Under the pieces are notes generated by a model. The model worked only from the letters and a program-made list of their open reading frames with translations, did not search any database and had not been told where the DNA came from. From assembly GCA_963666215.2 (NCBI GenBank), contig CAXWPL010000004.1, positions 512,001 through 576,000 of the forward strand: a stretch of 64,000 bases of DNA, read 5' to 3'. Each line of letters starts with the position of its first letter. The stretch's first letter is position 1. The translations under genes were made by a program, and so were the position numbers. Positions 1 to 10,126 of this stretch are shown here, piece after piece. Origin of the DNA: Acidobacteriota bacterium (GTDB lineage Bacteria; Acidobacteriota; UBA890; WLXD01).

Positions 1-54
1 AATGTTCATGAGCTCGCGCTCGCGACGGCTGAGCTCGGCGGGCTGTTGATCCAT
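1..54 (-). CDS. BlaI/MecI/CopY-family transcriptional repressor, N-terminus only (runs off window)
   Basis: ATG at 54 gives MDQQPAELSRRERELMNI, matching the LSxRExxIM start typical of BlaI/CopY; two operator-like palindromes upstream. Confidence 0.6.
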   Translation of the reverse strand, partial: MDQQPAELSRRERELMNI

Positions 55-111
55 TTGGAAGAGCTCGAGTGAAAATCCAGGGAGCCGCTGAGCCCCCGTG
101 ATTTCGTTGGG

Positions 112-174
112 TCGGCAGGTTCGGTACGTTCAGTACGTTCGGCAGGCTCGGTAAATTCGGCAGGTTCGGTAGGC
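112..174. repeat. Seven degenerate 9-bp tandem repeats (TCGGYAGGT-like)
   Basis: tcggcaggt tcggtacgt tcagtacgt tcggcaggc tcggtaaat tcggcaggt tcggtaggc. Confidence 0.8.
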
Positions 175-199
175 TCGCGAGAAACCCTAACGTAATTGG

Positions 200-234
200 T
201 GTTGCAAAAGCAACAGTCCGTTGAAATTTCAACA
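200..234. promoter_or_regulatory. Twin palindromic operator boxes upstream of the BlaI-like gene
   Basis: TGTTGC-AAAA-GCAACA (200-215) and GTTGAAATTTCAAC (220-233), both GTTG-N6-CAAC, in an AT-rich patch. Confidence 0.6.
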
Positions 235-377
235 TCGAGGATGGCGCCTGAGCCATTCAACGGTGTCATGCGTTCCGCCCGGGCAACGGGCAGCGGGCGC
301 ACCGCGCAAGCCTCCATGTTGGTCCGAAGGCCGACGTGAGCTCGGAGGCTAGCCGGGGGCAGCGCAGCTCATCGGAC

Positions 378-3125
378 TCATTCGCTGCGTAGGGCGAGCA
401 CTGGATCGACGTGCGAGGCACGCATCGCCGGAACGATGGACGCAACAAACGCCATCGTCGCGAGAACCAGGGTCATGCCGACGAAGGTTGTCGCATCGGT
501 GGCGCTCACGCCGTGCAGGAGGCTCTGGATGGCGCCGCTGAGCCAGAAGCTCGCGAGCAGGCCGGGAACCAGGCCAGCGAGCAGAACGAGCAACGTTTCA
601 CGCAGGACCAGGCTCTGCACGGAAGTCCGGTTGGCGCCGAGCGCCATGCGAACTCCAATTTCCGGCGTGCGCTCCGACACGTTGAACCCGATCACGCCGT
701 AGATTCCCACGGCGCCCAGCAGCAACGCGACGACGGCGAATGAGGTGAGCAGAAGCGTGGCGAAACGGTCTTCCGCCACCGAGTCGGTAATCAGCTCGTC
801 GAACGCTCGAACCCGGTAGAGGACAACGTTCGGATCGAGCTCGCTGACAGCCGCGCGTAGGGGTTGCGCGAGCGCGTCGGGGTCGCCGCTCGTGCGCAAC
901 AGCACGTACATCGACTGGGTCGCGAACTGCCGCGCGGGCATGTAGATGGACGGTTCCGGCGACCTCTTGAGCGACCGGTGGCGCGAGTCCGCAACCACAC
1001 CCACGATCCGGCGTTCGCTCGGTGATTCCTGATCATCGAGCGAGACGCCTGAGCGGAACATCCGACCGACCGGGCTCTCGTCGGGCCAGTACAGCCGGGC
1101 GGTCGATTCGTTGATCACCGCGACGGGCTCAGAATCGGGTGTGTCGCTGGCGTCGAAGCCTCGCCCCGCGACAATCGGTAACCGCAGCAGGTCGAAGTAC
1201 TGGTGACTGACGCTTTGAATCGAAGCGCTCGGCTCCTCTCCGAGTGCGGGCTCAGGACGATCGTGGATCCGGAAAGAGCTCGACACGTTGCCGCCGCTGA
1301 ACGGCAGCAGAAAAACGGCAGCCGCCTCGTCGACACCGGGCAGAGCCTGAATACGCTCCAGGATGGTCGAGAAAAAACGCTCCTGCGGGTCGGTTCCCTC
1401 GTAGCGCTGGCCGAGCCGCACCCGCGCGGAGAGAACGCCATCGGCCTCGAAACCAGTCTCTTCGGTCAACAGCTGCGTCAGGCTTGTGATCAACAGGCCG
1501 GCGCCGATGAGCAGGGGCAACACGATCGCTAGCTGGGCAATCGCCAAGCCGCGGCGCAGGCTTCGTCCGGAGCCGCCCGTCGTGCCGCGCCCGGCGCGAA
1601 TCGCCGCGCTCAATCCAGATCGCACGGCGTGCAGCGCCGGCGCGACGCCGAACAGCAGGCCGGTGGCCATCGTCACGAGCGCGGTGAACCCGAGCACGCG
1701 GCCGTTCATCGTCACCGCATCGAGGCGCGGAATGTCGCCGGGCGCCACGGCGGTGAGAGCGCGCAGCCCAACCCAGCCAACGGCGAGCGCGGCGAGCCCA
1801 CCGAGCAACGCCAATACGATCGACTCGGTCAGCAGCTGTCGCGTCAGCCGGCCACGCGCCGCGCCCAGCGCGGAGCGCACCGCGATCTCGGTGCCGCGCG
1901 CACTGGCTCGAGCCACGAGAAGATTGGCAACGTTCGCGGTCGCGATGAGAAGCACGAATGCCACCGCCCCCATCAGTAGATACAGGCGAGAGGTCGTGTC
2001 GCCGATTGCCGCTCGGTGCAAAGGCTCGGCCCAGCCGAGAACCTCGTAATTCGAGTTGGGATAGTCGACAGCCAGCGCGTCGGAGATGCGGTCCATATCG
2101 ACGTTGGCGTGCTCGAGGTCGACACCGGGGCGAAGCCGGGCGACGACCGGACTCAGATTTCGACTACCGCGACTGCGCGACGCCAGATCGATTGCCATCG
2201 GAGTGAGGATCTCGGTCCTCGAGCGCAGCGGCATCCGGAACGACTCGTCAACAACACCAATCACCTGCCAAGACGAATCGTTGAGCTCGATCTGCCGGCC
2301 GATCACCGCCGGATCGCCGCCAAACTGTCGCTGCCACAGCGCGTGCGTGAGAAGCACGACTGCGGTCGCGCCTGGCGTATCGTCCTCGGGGGTGAAATCC
2401 CGCCCGAGCAATGGTCGAGCGCCGAGTGTGGCCAGCATTTCGTGGCTGACCAGCGAACCGGTGAGGCTCTCGGGCTGATCGACTCCCGTGAGGGTGGCCG
2501 TCCAACCGCGGGCTCCGGCGATGTTCTCGAAGGAGGAGCTCATTTGGCGCCAGTCCTCCAAGTCCACGGCCGAGACCGTTCCCTGCAGTGGTGCTTCCTT
2601 GCTCCCTTGCCAGAGCGCCACCAGGCGCTCGGGCTCGGAAAACGGCAGCGGGCGCAAGACGATCGAATCGAGCGCGGTGAAAATGGTGGTCACTGCGCCG
2701 ATCCCGAGTCCGAGGGTCAAGACGATGATTGCGCTCATCGCTGGCTGTCGCCGTAAGGCCCTCCAGGCGAACCCGACGTCTTGCAGGAGCGCATCGAAGT
2801 GCGCTCGGAGCGATCGCGTGCTGGCCGGCGATGGCGGACGTGTGGACGAGCCCCCCGGCCGATTGAGACTGCTCGTGGGGAGACGCTCGGCGACGCCCTG
2901 CGACACCAGATCGAGGCCGGTACGCAACAGAAAACGCGGCATGGCCGCGAGCCCGCGCTCCTGATAAACCGCGCGCACGTCGTCGGCGAACGTTGCCGCG
3001 AGGTCGAGGGCGAACCGGCGACGGAATGCAGCCGGGAAAACGAACAGCGCGCGCCGGTAGCCGTACGTCAGAGCCCGAATCGGTAGCGGGTCGTGAGGAT
3101 GGGGAGTATGCGATCTGGTGCCCAT
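378..3125 (-). CDS. ADOP-family duplicated ABC permease (MacB_PCD/FtsX x2)
   Basis: Motifs LQDVGFAWRALRRQP, TLGLGIGA, ANVANLL..EIAVRSALGA and C-terminal PAMRASHVDPVLALRSE; start overlaps PadR stop (TGATG). Confidence 0.92.
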   Translation of the reverse strand: MGTRSHTPHPHDPLPIRALTYGYRRALFVFPAAFRRRFALDLAATFADDVRAVYQERGLAAMPRFLLRTGLDLVSQGVAERLPTSSLNRPGGSSTRPPSPASTRSLRAHFDALLQDVGFAWRALRRQPAMSAIIVLTLGLGIGAVTTIFTALDSIVLRPLPFSEPERLVALWQGSKEAPLQGTVSAVDLEDWRQMSSSFENIAGARGWTATLTGVDQPESLTGSLVSHEMLATLGARPLLGRDFTPEDDTPGATAVVLLTHALWQRQFGGDPAVIGRQIELNDSSWQVIGVVDESFRMPLRSRTEILTPMAIDLASRSRGSRNLSPVVARLRPGVDLEHANVDMDRISDALAVDYPNSNYEVLGWAEPLHRAAIGDTTSRLYLLMGAVAFVLLIATANVANLLVARASARGTEIAVRSALGAARGRLTRQLLTESIVLALLGGLAALAVGWVGLRALTAVAPGDIPRLDAVTMNGRVLGFTALVTMATGLLFGVAPALHAVRSGLSAAIRAGRGTTGGSGRSLRRGLAIAQLAIVLPLLIGAGLLITSLTQLLTEETGFEADGVLSARVRLGQRYEGTDPQERFFSTILERIQALPGVDEAAAVFLLPFSGGNVSSSFRIHDRPEPALGEEPSASIQSVSHQYFDLLRLPIVAGRGFDASDTPDSEPVAVINESTARLYWPDESPVGRMFRSGVSLDDQESPSERRIVGVVADSRHRSLKRSPEPSIYMPARQFATQSMYVLLRTSGDPDALAQPLRAAVSELDPNVVLYRVRAFDELITDSVAEDRFATLLLTSFAVVALLLGAVGIYGVIGFNVSERTPEIGVRMALGANRTSVQSLVLRETLLVLLAGLVPGLLASFWLSGAIQSLLHGVSATDATTFVGMTLVLATMAFVASIVPAMRASHVDPVLALRSE

Positions 3126-3505
3126 CACGAGCCCGCCTTACGGAGCAGCCGGTGACCACGAGCCGCGGCCACCAGCGCATCCATCCGGCGAGCTTCGGCG
3201 GTGGCGACCTCGCGCCCGAAATCGGTTACCCGATACGTCCGTCGGCGCTCGTCGCGACTGCCCGCGGCGACGGCGTCGGGCTCGATCTCGATCTCTTGAA
3301 TGAGGCTATCGTCGAGCATCCGCTTGAGCACCCGGTACAAACCGCCCGGTTGGATCTGCCCGCGGTGGACGGAGCGCTCGCGGGCGCGCTGCATGATCGC
3401 GTAGCCGTGCGCGTCCCCCTCCAGGAGCACCAGCAGCACGGTGAAAACATCCGGCTTCAGCGGCAACAACGACTCGGGAGTGGAAACGAGGGTGGGCTTC
3501 GACAT
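3125..3505 (-). CDS. PadR-family transcriptional regulator
   Basis: LLVLLEGDAHGYAIM...PGGLYRVLKRM...RRRTYRVTDFG; GGAG RBS before ATG 3505. Confidence 0.9.
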   Translation of the reverse strand: MSKPTLVSTPESLLPLKPDVFTVLLVLLEGDAHGYAIMQRARERSVHRGQIQPGGLYRVLKRMLDDSLIQEIEIEPDAVAAGSRDERRRTYRVTDFGREVATAEARRMDALVAAARGHRLLRKAGS

Positions 3506-3532
3506 GGCTCGACTCCTGAAGGGTCGCGAACG

Positions 3533-3569
3533 CATTCTGATTATAAGCAAATTGATTATAGTCAGAATG
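3533..3569. promoter_or_regulatory. 37-bp imperfect palindrome, putative PadR operator
   Basis: CATTCTGATTATAAGCAAATTGATTATAGTCAGAATG, about 30 bp upstream of padR. Confidence 0.7.
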
Positions 3570-3771
3570 AGTTCCGGCGTGTCAAGCGGTGGATGGCACT
3601 CCGAGCGATCCATAAGGTGAGAAATCCAGCCAGCTCTGCTAGTTTTCCAGCAATTCGTAGAACCCAACTGTCGGGGGCAACGTCTATAACGGGACGCCGC
3701 AGAAAGAGCCCATAGAAAGCCCTCGTCCGCGCGTCCTCGACCTTCCCCCTCCCAGCGAGACGACTGCCCAT

Positions 3772-5941
3772 ATCCACGAGCTGCTACAAGACATCCGCTT
3801 CAGCGTCCGGACACTCACCCACGCGCCCGGCTTTGCCGTGGTTGCCGTGCTGACACTGGCACTGGGCATCGGCGCCAACAGCGCCATCTTCAGCGTCGTC
3901 AACGGCGTCGTCCTGCAGCCACTGCCGTACGGCTCGCCGGAGCGGCTGGTGTTCGTGACCACGGCGTTCCCCGGACTCGGCTTCGACGAGTTCTGGATGT
4001 CACAGCCGGAGTACCTCGAGTACGGAGCTTGGAACGAGTCGATCGAAGAGATGGGCGCCTACAACACCGGTGAGCGCAGCATCACGGTGGACTCCTCTGG
4101 CGATCGACGCCGCGAACCCACGGCCGCGCGGCAACCACTTCATGTTCGCCGTTGCCCGACTCGCTGCCGGCGTGACAATCGAGTCGGCGCGCGCCGAGCT
4201 CAATGGCCTCATCGACCAGTGGGGTGAACGCGTGCCCGACGGTCACAGCCCCCACCCTGAGTTTCACCGCTTGCAGCTCGAAGGATTGCGCGACCAGGTT
4301 ATCGGCGACGTGCGCGCCTCCCTACTCCTTTTGCTGGGAGCCGTGGGCTTCGTGCTGCTGATTGCCTGCGCCAACGTCGGCAACCTGCTGCTGGCGCGAG
4401 CCGAGACTCGCCAGAAGGAGATCGCCGTGCGAACGGCGCTGGGTGCGGGTCGCGGCCGGCTGATCCGCCAGTTCCTCACCGAGAGCCTGCTGCTTTCCGT
4501 GTTGGGCGGCGCCGCCGGGCTCCTGCTGGGAACGTGGGGCCTGCGTGCGCTGCTGGCCACCAGCCCCGACAGCCTGCCGCGCGTTGGCGACATACGGCTC
4601 GACGCGAGCGTGCTCGCCGTGACTCTGGGACTGTCGTTGCTCACGGGCGTGCTCTTCGAACTGACGCCGCTGCTGCACATGACAGCGCGTAACCTGGCCA
4701 CCTCGCTGCGCGATGGCGGTGGCCGCTCCACCAGCGGCTCGGCGAAGATGCGCCTGCGCAGCGTTCTCGTGGCCGCCGAGATCGCACTCGCAGTTGTGCT
4801 GGTCATTGGCGCCGGCCTGATGCTACGCAGCTTCTCCAGCCTGCAGCAGGTCGACCCCGGCTTCGATCCGGAGGGTCTACTCACCTTTCGACTCTTCCTG
4901 CCACCTTCGAGCTACCCCGACGGATTTGCCCAGCAAGCGTTCTTCGACGGGCTCCTCGAGGACATCGGCAACATCGGCGGCGTGACCTCGGTCACAGCCA
5001 TGAGCGGGCTGCCTCCGCAGCGAAGGGTCAACGCCAACGACATGGAGTTCGAAGGACTCGAGCGGAGCGAGGACGGGCCGCCGCACAACGTTGACTTCTG
5101 GCAGTTCGTCGGCCCCGGCTACTTCGAGACGATGGAAATCGAGCTCGTCGAAGGCAGATTCTTCGACGACCGCGAGCTTGGCGAGTCAGCGCAGCCGGCA
5201 GCCCTGGTGAACCAGGAACTGGCCGGTGTCTTCTACCCCGGCGAATCGCCGCTGGGTCGTCGTATGCGTCCCGGGGGTCCCAACACGCCGTGGCTTTCGA
5301 TCATCGGCGTGGTCGCCGATGTGAAGCAGGCGGGACTCGAGCAGGACACCGGCACAGAAACCTACTTCTACGCGCCGCAGGTGGCTCCCCTCGGGTTCGC
5401 GCCGCGGACGATGAACGTAATCGCGCGCACCAGCGTGCCGCCGGGATCGATCTCGGAGGCCGCGAGGCAAGCAGTGTGGCGCCTCGATCCCACGCTGCCG
5501 CTCGCCGACCTGCAAACCATGGGCGACGTCCTGTTCAAGTCGGTCGCCCAGCCGCGCTTTCTCACGCTGCTGCTGGCTATCTTCGGCGGAGTCGCACTGG
5601 CGCTGGCTACGGTAGGCACCTACGGCGTGATGTCGTACTCGGTGGCCGAGCGCAACCACGAGCTCGGTATCCGGATGGCGCTGGGTGCCGAGTCCGGTGG
5701 TGTTGTGCGCCTCGTCCTCGGCCAGGGGTTGGGTGTGGCGCTGATCGGATTGGTACTCGGCGTGGTGACTGCCTACGGACTGACCCGGTTCATGTCGTCG
5801 ATGCTCTTCACCGTTGGCACAACCGATCTGTTCACGTTTGTCGCGGTGCCGCTGCTGCTGATTGCCGTTGCGACGCTCGCGTGCCTCGTGCCCGCACGAC
5901 GCGCGACTCGCGTGGATCCAATGGTCGTGCTGCGCGAGTAG
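3772..5941 (+). pseudogene. ADOP permease with no evident start codon and an internal frameshifting deletion near 4086
   Basis: IHELLQDIRFSVRTLTHAPGF...GAYNTGERSIT jumps frame to WTPLAIDAANPR; the middle of the first periplasmic domain is missing; rest intact to DPMVVLRE. Confidence 0.8.
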
Positions 5942-6051
5942 CCACAGCCAGGCTCGCCGGCGGCGCTGCTACAACCGCGATCGGCAGAGCTCTTCGGTGG
6001 CCGAGGTGACTCGCGTGAGCCCGGCGGCGGCCAGAGGCCGGGTAGCGCGGC

Positions 6052-6759
6052 TTACGGAAAGGCCACCCTCAACCGCTGTCCTTGACTCGGTTGCACCTGC
6101 CGTTGGATCTCGGGCACCGCTTCGCCTTCGGTGTGGTGATAGATGACCAGCAGTTCCGTACCGACTTCTCGACCCTCCTCGGCGAGCGCGCGCACCAGCC
6201 AGGGAGAGACAAACGCCACATCGAGGTCGTGCTGAGCGAGGAGCTCGGCGGTGCTCTCGGTGTCGCCGGTAAAGTACAGACGCAGCCCGCGCCAGTGCAC
6301 GAGATACGACCGATGGCTCGGGGTGTGCTCGGTGGCGATCGGCTCGATTTCGATGCCGCCGTAAGAGATCCGCTCGTCCCAAGACAACACGCGCTCGCTG
6401 GGCACTCGGGCGGCGATGCTGGGGTGCGCGATGAGCTCGAGACGGGTCTGAGCGAACAGCTGCGCGTCCCAGTGGTCGGCGTGCTCGTGGGTGATGAGGC
6501 TGGCGCCGTCTCCAAGGCCAGCCAAGGGCAAATCGTACGTCATGTAGCCGAAAGCGCCGGAACGGTACGGAAAGTCCGAATACAGCGTGGTGGCACCGTC
6601 GCCTAGCCTGAACGCCATATTGCCAATGAACTCTATCTCGAGCTCATCCGCGCCAGTCTGCGGGAAGCGCGGCGCCAGGCTGGCGAAGGCCAGCACGAGA
6701 GTCGCTGCGGCGAACGCGAGAGTAGGCCCGCAACGGAGGCGATCGTTGGCAGGTAGCAT
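6052..6759 (-). CDS. Secreted MBL-fold metallo-hydrolase
   Basis: Signal-like N-terminus; THEHADH motif; LYFTGDT. Confidence 0.8.
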   Translation of the reverse strand: MLPANDRLRCGPTLAFAAATLVLAFASLAPRFPQTGADELEIEFIGNMAFRLGDGATTLYSDFPYRSGAFGYMTYDLPLAGLGDGASLITHEHADHWDAQLFAQTRLELIAHPSIAARVPSERVLSWDERISYGGIEIEPIATEHTPSHRSYLVHWRGLRLYFTGDTESTAELLAQHDLDVAFVSPWLVRALAEEGREVGTELLVIYHHTEGEAVPEIQRQVQPSQGQRLRVAFP

Positions 6760-6785
6760 CGGAGCCCTTCAAAGGGACGGAGGGG

Positions 6786-8030
6786 TTGATGTCGAAGATA
6801 CCAGCCTATGAGCGCGACCCGTATCTGGCCGAGCTTTCGGTGGTGATCGACAGAGTCGATCGCGACGAGCACGGTGACTACGCCCTGCTCGACGACACCG
6901 TGCTGTATCCCGAAGGCGGCGGCCAGCCGGCCGATACGGGATGGCTAGGGGCCGCTCGCGTGGTGGGTGTTCGCCAGGTCGAAGGCGAGGTGAGGCACTA
7001 CGTCGACCGCGCCGTGGCGTGTGGCGAGGTTGCCTCGAGGCTCGATTGGGAACGACGCTACGACCACATGCAGCAGCACACGGGTCAGCATCTGCTAACG
7101 GCGCTGGCCGATCGGCGATTCGGTTGGCGCACGACTTCCTTCCATCTGAGCACCGAGCGTTGTGACATCGAGCTCGAGCCCAGGGACGAAACTCGAGCCG
7201 CGCCGGACGAGGCGCGTCTACAAGAGCTCGAAGAGGAGGTCGCCAGGCAGATCCGCGCAGCGCTTCCAATCACCGCCGGGCGCGTGTCCGCCAACGAGTA
7301 CGCCGCTCTCGACGTGCGTAGCCGCGGCCTACCGGCGGGACACACGGGAGACGTTCGTCTTGTACGGATCAGCGACGCTTCCGAGTGTCTCGACTGCAAC
7401 ACCTGCGGTGGTACGCACGTACGATCCACCGCGGAGATCGAAGCGATCAAGCTGCTGGGTATCGAGCCGATGCGTGGCGGCTGGCGACTCTACTGGGTCG
7501 CTGGCGGACGGGTGCGATCGCGCCTCGCGGCCAGCGAGAAGCGCAATGCCGGATTACGCGGCCTGCTCGGGGCCGCCGACGAGGATCTGGTGGAGGCGAC
7601 CGCCGCCAAGCTCGAGCAGCTCGCCTGGCTCAGTCAACGCGTCAAGCGCACCGAGCAGCAGCTCGCCGATCTGATCGCCGACCAATTGCGTGTGGGCGAC
7701 GCGCGTGTGGTTGAAGCCCATTTCGACGACGTCGACGGAGCCTTTCTGCAGAGTGTTGGCCGGCGATTCCTATCGAGCCCACATGCCAAGCTCGCGCTGC
7801 TCACCGCGAGTGGCGGCAGCGGCGAGGTGTTCATGCTCGCCGTCGGCTCCGACGCTGACTGTGATCTGCGAAGCCTCGGTGGCGAAATCGCCGAGCTGTT
7901 CGAGGGTCGTGGCGGCGGTGCGCACGGGATCTATCAGGGCAAGGCAGCCACCCTGCTGCGACGAGACGCGGCTCTGCAGGCAATGCGCGAAGCCACGAGC
8001 GCTTCCGACGGCTCCGAGCACGCCAACTAG
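6786..8030 (+). CDS. AlaX-like alanyl-tRNA editing protein with C-terminal DHHA1 domain
   Basis: LYPEGGGQPADTG, MQQHTGQHLL, CGGTH and C-terminal GRGGG. Confidence 0.88.
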   Translation: MMSKIPAYERDPYLAELSVVIDRVDRDEHGDYALLDDTVLYPEGGGQPADTGWLGAARVVGVRQVEGEVRHYVDRAVACGEVASRLDWERRYDHMQQHTGQHLLTALADRRFGWRTTSFHLSTERCDIELEPRDETRAAPDEARLQELEEEVARQIRAALPITAGRVSANEYAALDVRSRGLPAGHTGDVRLVRISDASECLDCNTCGGTHVRSTAEIEAIKLLGIEPMRGGWRLYWVAGGRVRSRLAASEKRNAGLRGLLGAADEDLVEATAAKLEQLAWLSQRVKRTEQQLADLIADQLRVGDARVVEAHFDDVDGAFLQSVGRRFLSSPHAKLALLTASGGSGEVFMLAVGSDADCDLRSLGGEIAELFEGRGGGAHGIYQGKAATLLRRDAALQAMREATSASDGSEHAN

Positions 8031-8033
8031 AAG

Positions 8034-8064
8034 ACTAGCTGTGAGCTCTAGGGAGTTTGTTCAC
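8034..8064. mobile_element. Solo IS481-type terminal inverted repeat with NCTAGN target (scar)
   Basis: ACTAGC + TGTGAGCTCTAGGGAGTTTGTTCAC; 22/25 identical to the reverse complement of the IS481 right end at 30656-30680. Confidence 0.7.
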
Positions 8065-8099
8065 GACCTCGGCTTCAGACTTGCCGGGGGGGCCTCAGA

Positions 8100-8786
8100 T
8101 CAAAACGGAACGTCGAGCGCGTCGCAAAGGAAACCGATCATCGGTCCGCCCACTCGGCAAAGCGTGGCGAACTGCTTGATGAAGTCGGGACTGGTCACCG
8201 ACTTCTCGGTAAGCCGCCCGACTCCGATGAAGTCCTTGCGCTTGAGATCGTCGACCAGTGGATGCTCCGGATCGATGCCGCGCGGAGCCCTCTTGAGCTG
8301 CTCGCCCGCGAGCTCGAACGTGCGCGAAAACCTTCCGCTGGTCGCGCGCTTCCAGCGCTCGGGATCGGCCAGGAGCGCGCCGCGAATCTGATTCGTGGTG
8401 GCGGTGTCGGGGCGCCAGATCCCGACCCCGGCGAACAGTTCGCCCGGTTGCAGGTGCAAGTAGAAACCTGGGCAGTGAGCATCCTTGCCCAGCTCATGGC
8501 GAAACTGAATACCGGTGTGGGTCTTGTACGGGCTCTTGTCTTTGGAGAAGCGAACGTCGCGGTAAATCCGAAACATCGATCCACCCGACTTACGTGCGTC
8601 GGCACGAAAGTGGGGGCTCACTTTGTGTAGGTTCGATTCGAAGTCGCGAATGAAAGTCAGCGCCGGTTCGCGCAGCTTCTCCTCGAACCGCTCCTTGTTG
8701 TCGGCGAACCATTCGCGGTTGTTGTTGTTGGCCAGGTCGCGGAGGAACTTGAACGTTGCGGCGGTGAAGTATGGCGAGGCGGGCAC
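8100..8786 (-). CDS. DUF2461 / TIGR02453 family protein
   Basis: FLRDLANNNNREWF, FRIYRDVRFSKDKSPYKT, LKRAPRG, DLKRKDF. Confidence 0.9.
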   Translation of the reverse strand: MPASPYFTAATFKFLRDLANNNNREWFADNKERFEEKLREPALTFIRDFESNLHKVSPHFRADARKSGGSMFRIYRDVRFSKDKSPYKTHTGIQFRHELGKDAHCPGFYLHLQPGELFAGVGIWRPDTATTNQIRGALLADPERWKRATSGRFSRTFELAGEQLKRAPRGIDPEHPLVDDLKRKDFIGVGRLTEKSVTSPDFIKQFATLCRVGGPMIGFLCDALDVPF

Positions 8787-9005
8787 GGAGAGTTCCTCTT
8801 GATGGACGCAAGCGAGCGACTCGACTCATGGAACGGGGTCAGATGGTACATCCGAGCCGCCGACGCGGTGACGCTGGTGACCCTATCGGGGCTCGCCTTC
8901 GGTGCGCGCGACATCGCTTCAACACGAAAGGCCCCTGGCGAGGAACCTGAGCAACGAGGGGCAACCCCGACGAGCAACTTCGCCGGGCCGCATGGACCTC
9001 GGCAG

Positions 9006-10124
9006 CTAGCGCACTCGCTGGAACCACGCGCCGAGAATCGCCTCGGCCGGCTTGCCATGCGGCGTGAAGTCGGTGTTCTCGATCCCTCCCCAGCTCAGGT
9101 CGGCGTACCAAACCCAGAAGTAGACACCGGCCAGCCAGACCGGGGGTTCCGTAAGGTCCCCAGAGGGGGCGCCGAACACGCGAGCGATGCACGCATAGAT
9201 GCTTGCCTGCAAATCGGGGTCGGGCGTAGTCGTGTCGTCGTGCCATTCCCACGGCCGGTGCGCGGCACCCACCGCCGATCGGTAGCCGATCTCGGATAGA
9301 ACAACGGGGCGTCCTGTGCGCGCCGCTACCTCGCCGATCTTGTCCCGGATCGTGCCCATGCGGCCGTCACAGAGAGCGTCCGTCAGCGGTGCTCCGCCGT
9401 CGCTGTCGTCGAGCAAGGGCCAAAAAGCGTCGACGCCGACGAAGTCGAGCTCCTCCCACCACTCGATTCCAGTGAGCTCTCGATCCCAGTTCGCGGCGTA
9501 CGTCACAAAGCCGTGGAAGCGCTCGCGAACATCACTGGCAAGCTGGCGCCAGAACTCCGGGTGGGCGAGCGCGACAAGCGTGAGCTCGGAGCCAAGAGCG
9601 ATGCCGGCAACGTCGCTGGCAGCCGCGAGGTCCGCATATGCCAGCAGCGCACTCCGGTAGGCGGCGCTCCAGCTGGGCCACGCGGCGTCCGTCGGATTGA
9701 TAACTCCGCGCCAACTGCCGTCGGAACGATCGTCGAGCCAGAGGTGCGGCTTGAGCAGCACGCGGAGACCCCGCGCGTGTGCCAGTTCAATCACTCGGCG
9801 AGTGTCGTTGTCGACACGCTCGCGCGTGCCACGCCAGAAGAACTCGGTCTCACCAAGGCGTGACTGGAAGAAGCTCGGAATCACGGCAATGTGATCAACA
9901 CCGAGACCAACGAGCAGGTCGAGGCTTGTTTCCAGCCGCCGCAGGTTGATTGAGCTGTTGAAGCCGATCGGCTCGAGATTCATCCCGCGCTGGAACCCGG
10001 CGGGCAGGGCGGTCACTTCCTCGATGCTGGCCGCAAGCTCCGGATCTAGCTTTTCGATCGCGGGGCCCGCGCAGCCGACGATTACCAGGCCGGCCAACGC
10101 GGCAGGCACGTGAGCGCACCGCAT
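9006..10124 (-). CDS. Glycoside hydrolase family 113-like lipoprotein
   Basis: Lipobox-like IVGC; GLRVLLKPHLW, GSEL, TYAANWD, DFVGVDAFWPL, VLSEIGYRS. Confidence 0.78.
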   Translation of the reverse strand: MRCAHVPAALAGLVIVGCAGPAIEKLDPELAASIEEVTALPAGFQRGMNLEPIGFNSSINLRRLETSLDLLVGLGVDHIAVIPSFFQSRLGETEFFWRGTRERVDNDTRRVIELAHARGLRVLLKPHLWLDDRSDGSWRGVINPTDAAWPSWSAAYRSALLAYADLAAASDVAGIALGSELTLVALAHPEFWRQLASDVRERFHGFVTYAANWDRELTGIEWWEELDFVGVDAFWPLLDDSDGGAPLTDALCDGRMGTIRDKIGEVAARTGRPVVLSEIGYRSAVGAAHRPWEWHDDTTTPDPDLQASIYACIARVFGAPSGDLTEPPVWLAGVYFWVWYADLSWGGIENTDFTPHGKPAEAILGAWFQRVR

Positions 10125-10126
10125 GG

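Noticed and set aside
8830-9005. Possible structured RNA or riboswitch in this intergenic region (also 38490-38770)
   Set aside because: I could not match conserved motifs of TPP, cobalamin, glycine, fluoride, SRP or RNase P RNAs; an Rfam scan would be needed.
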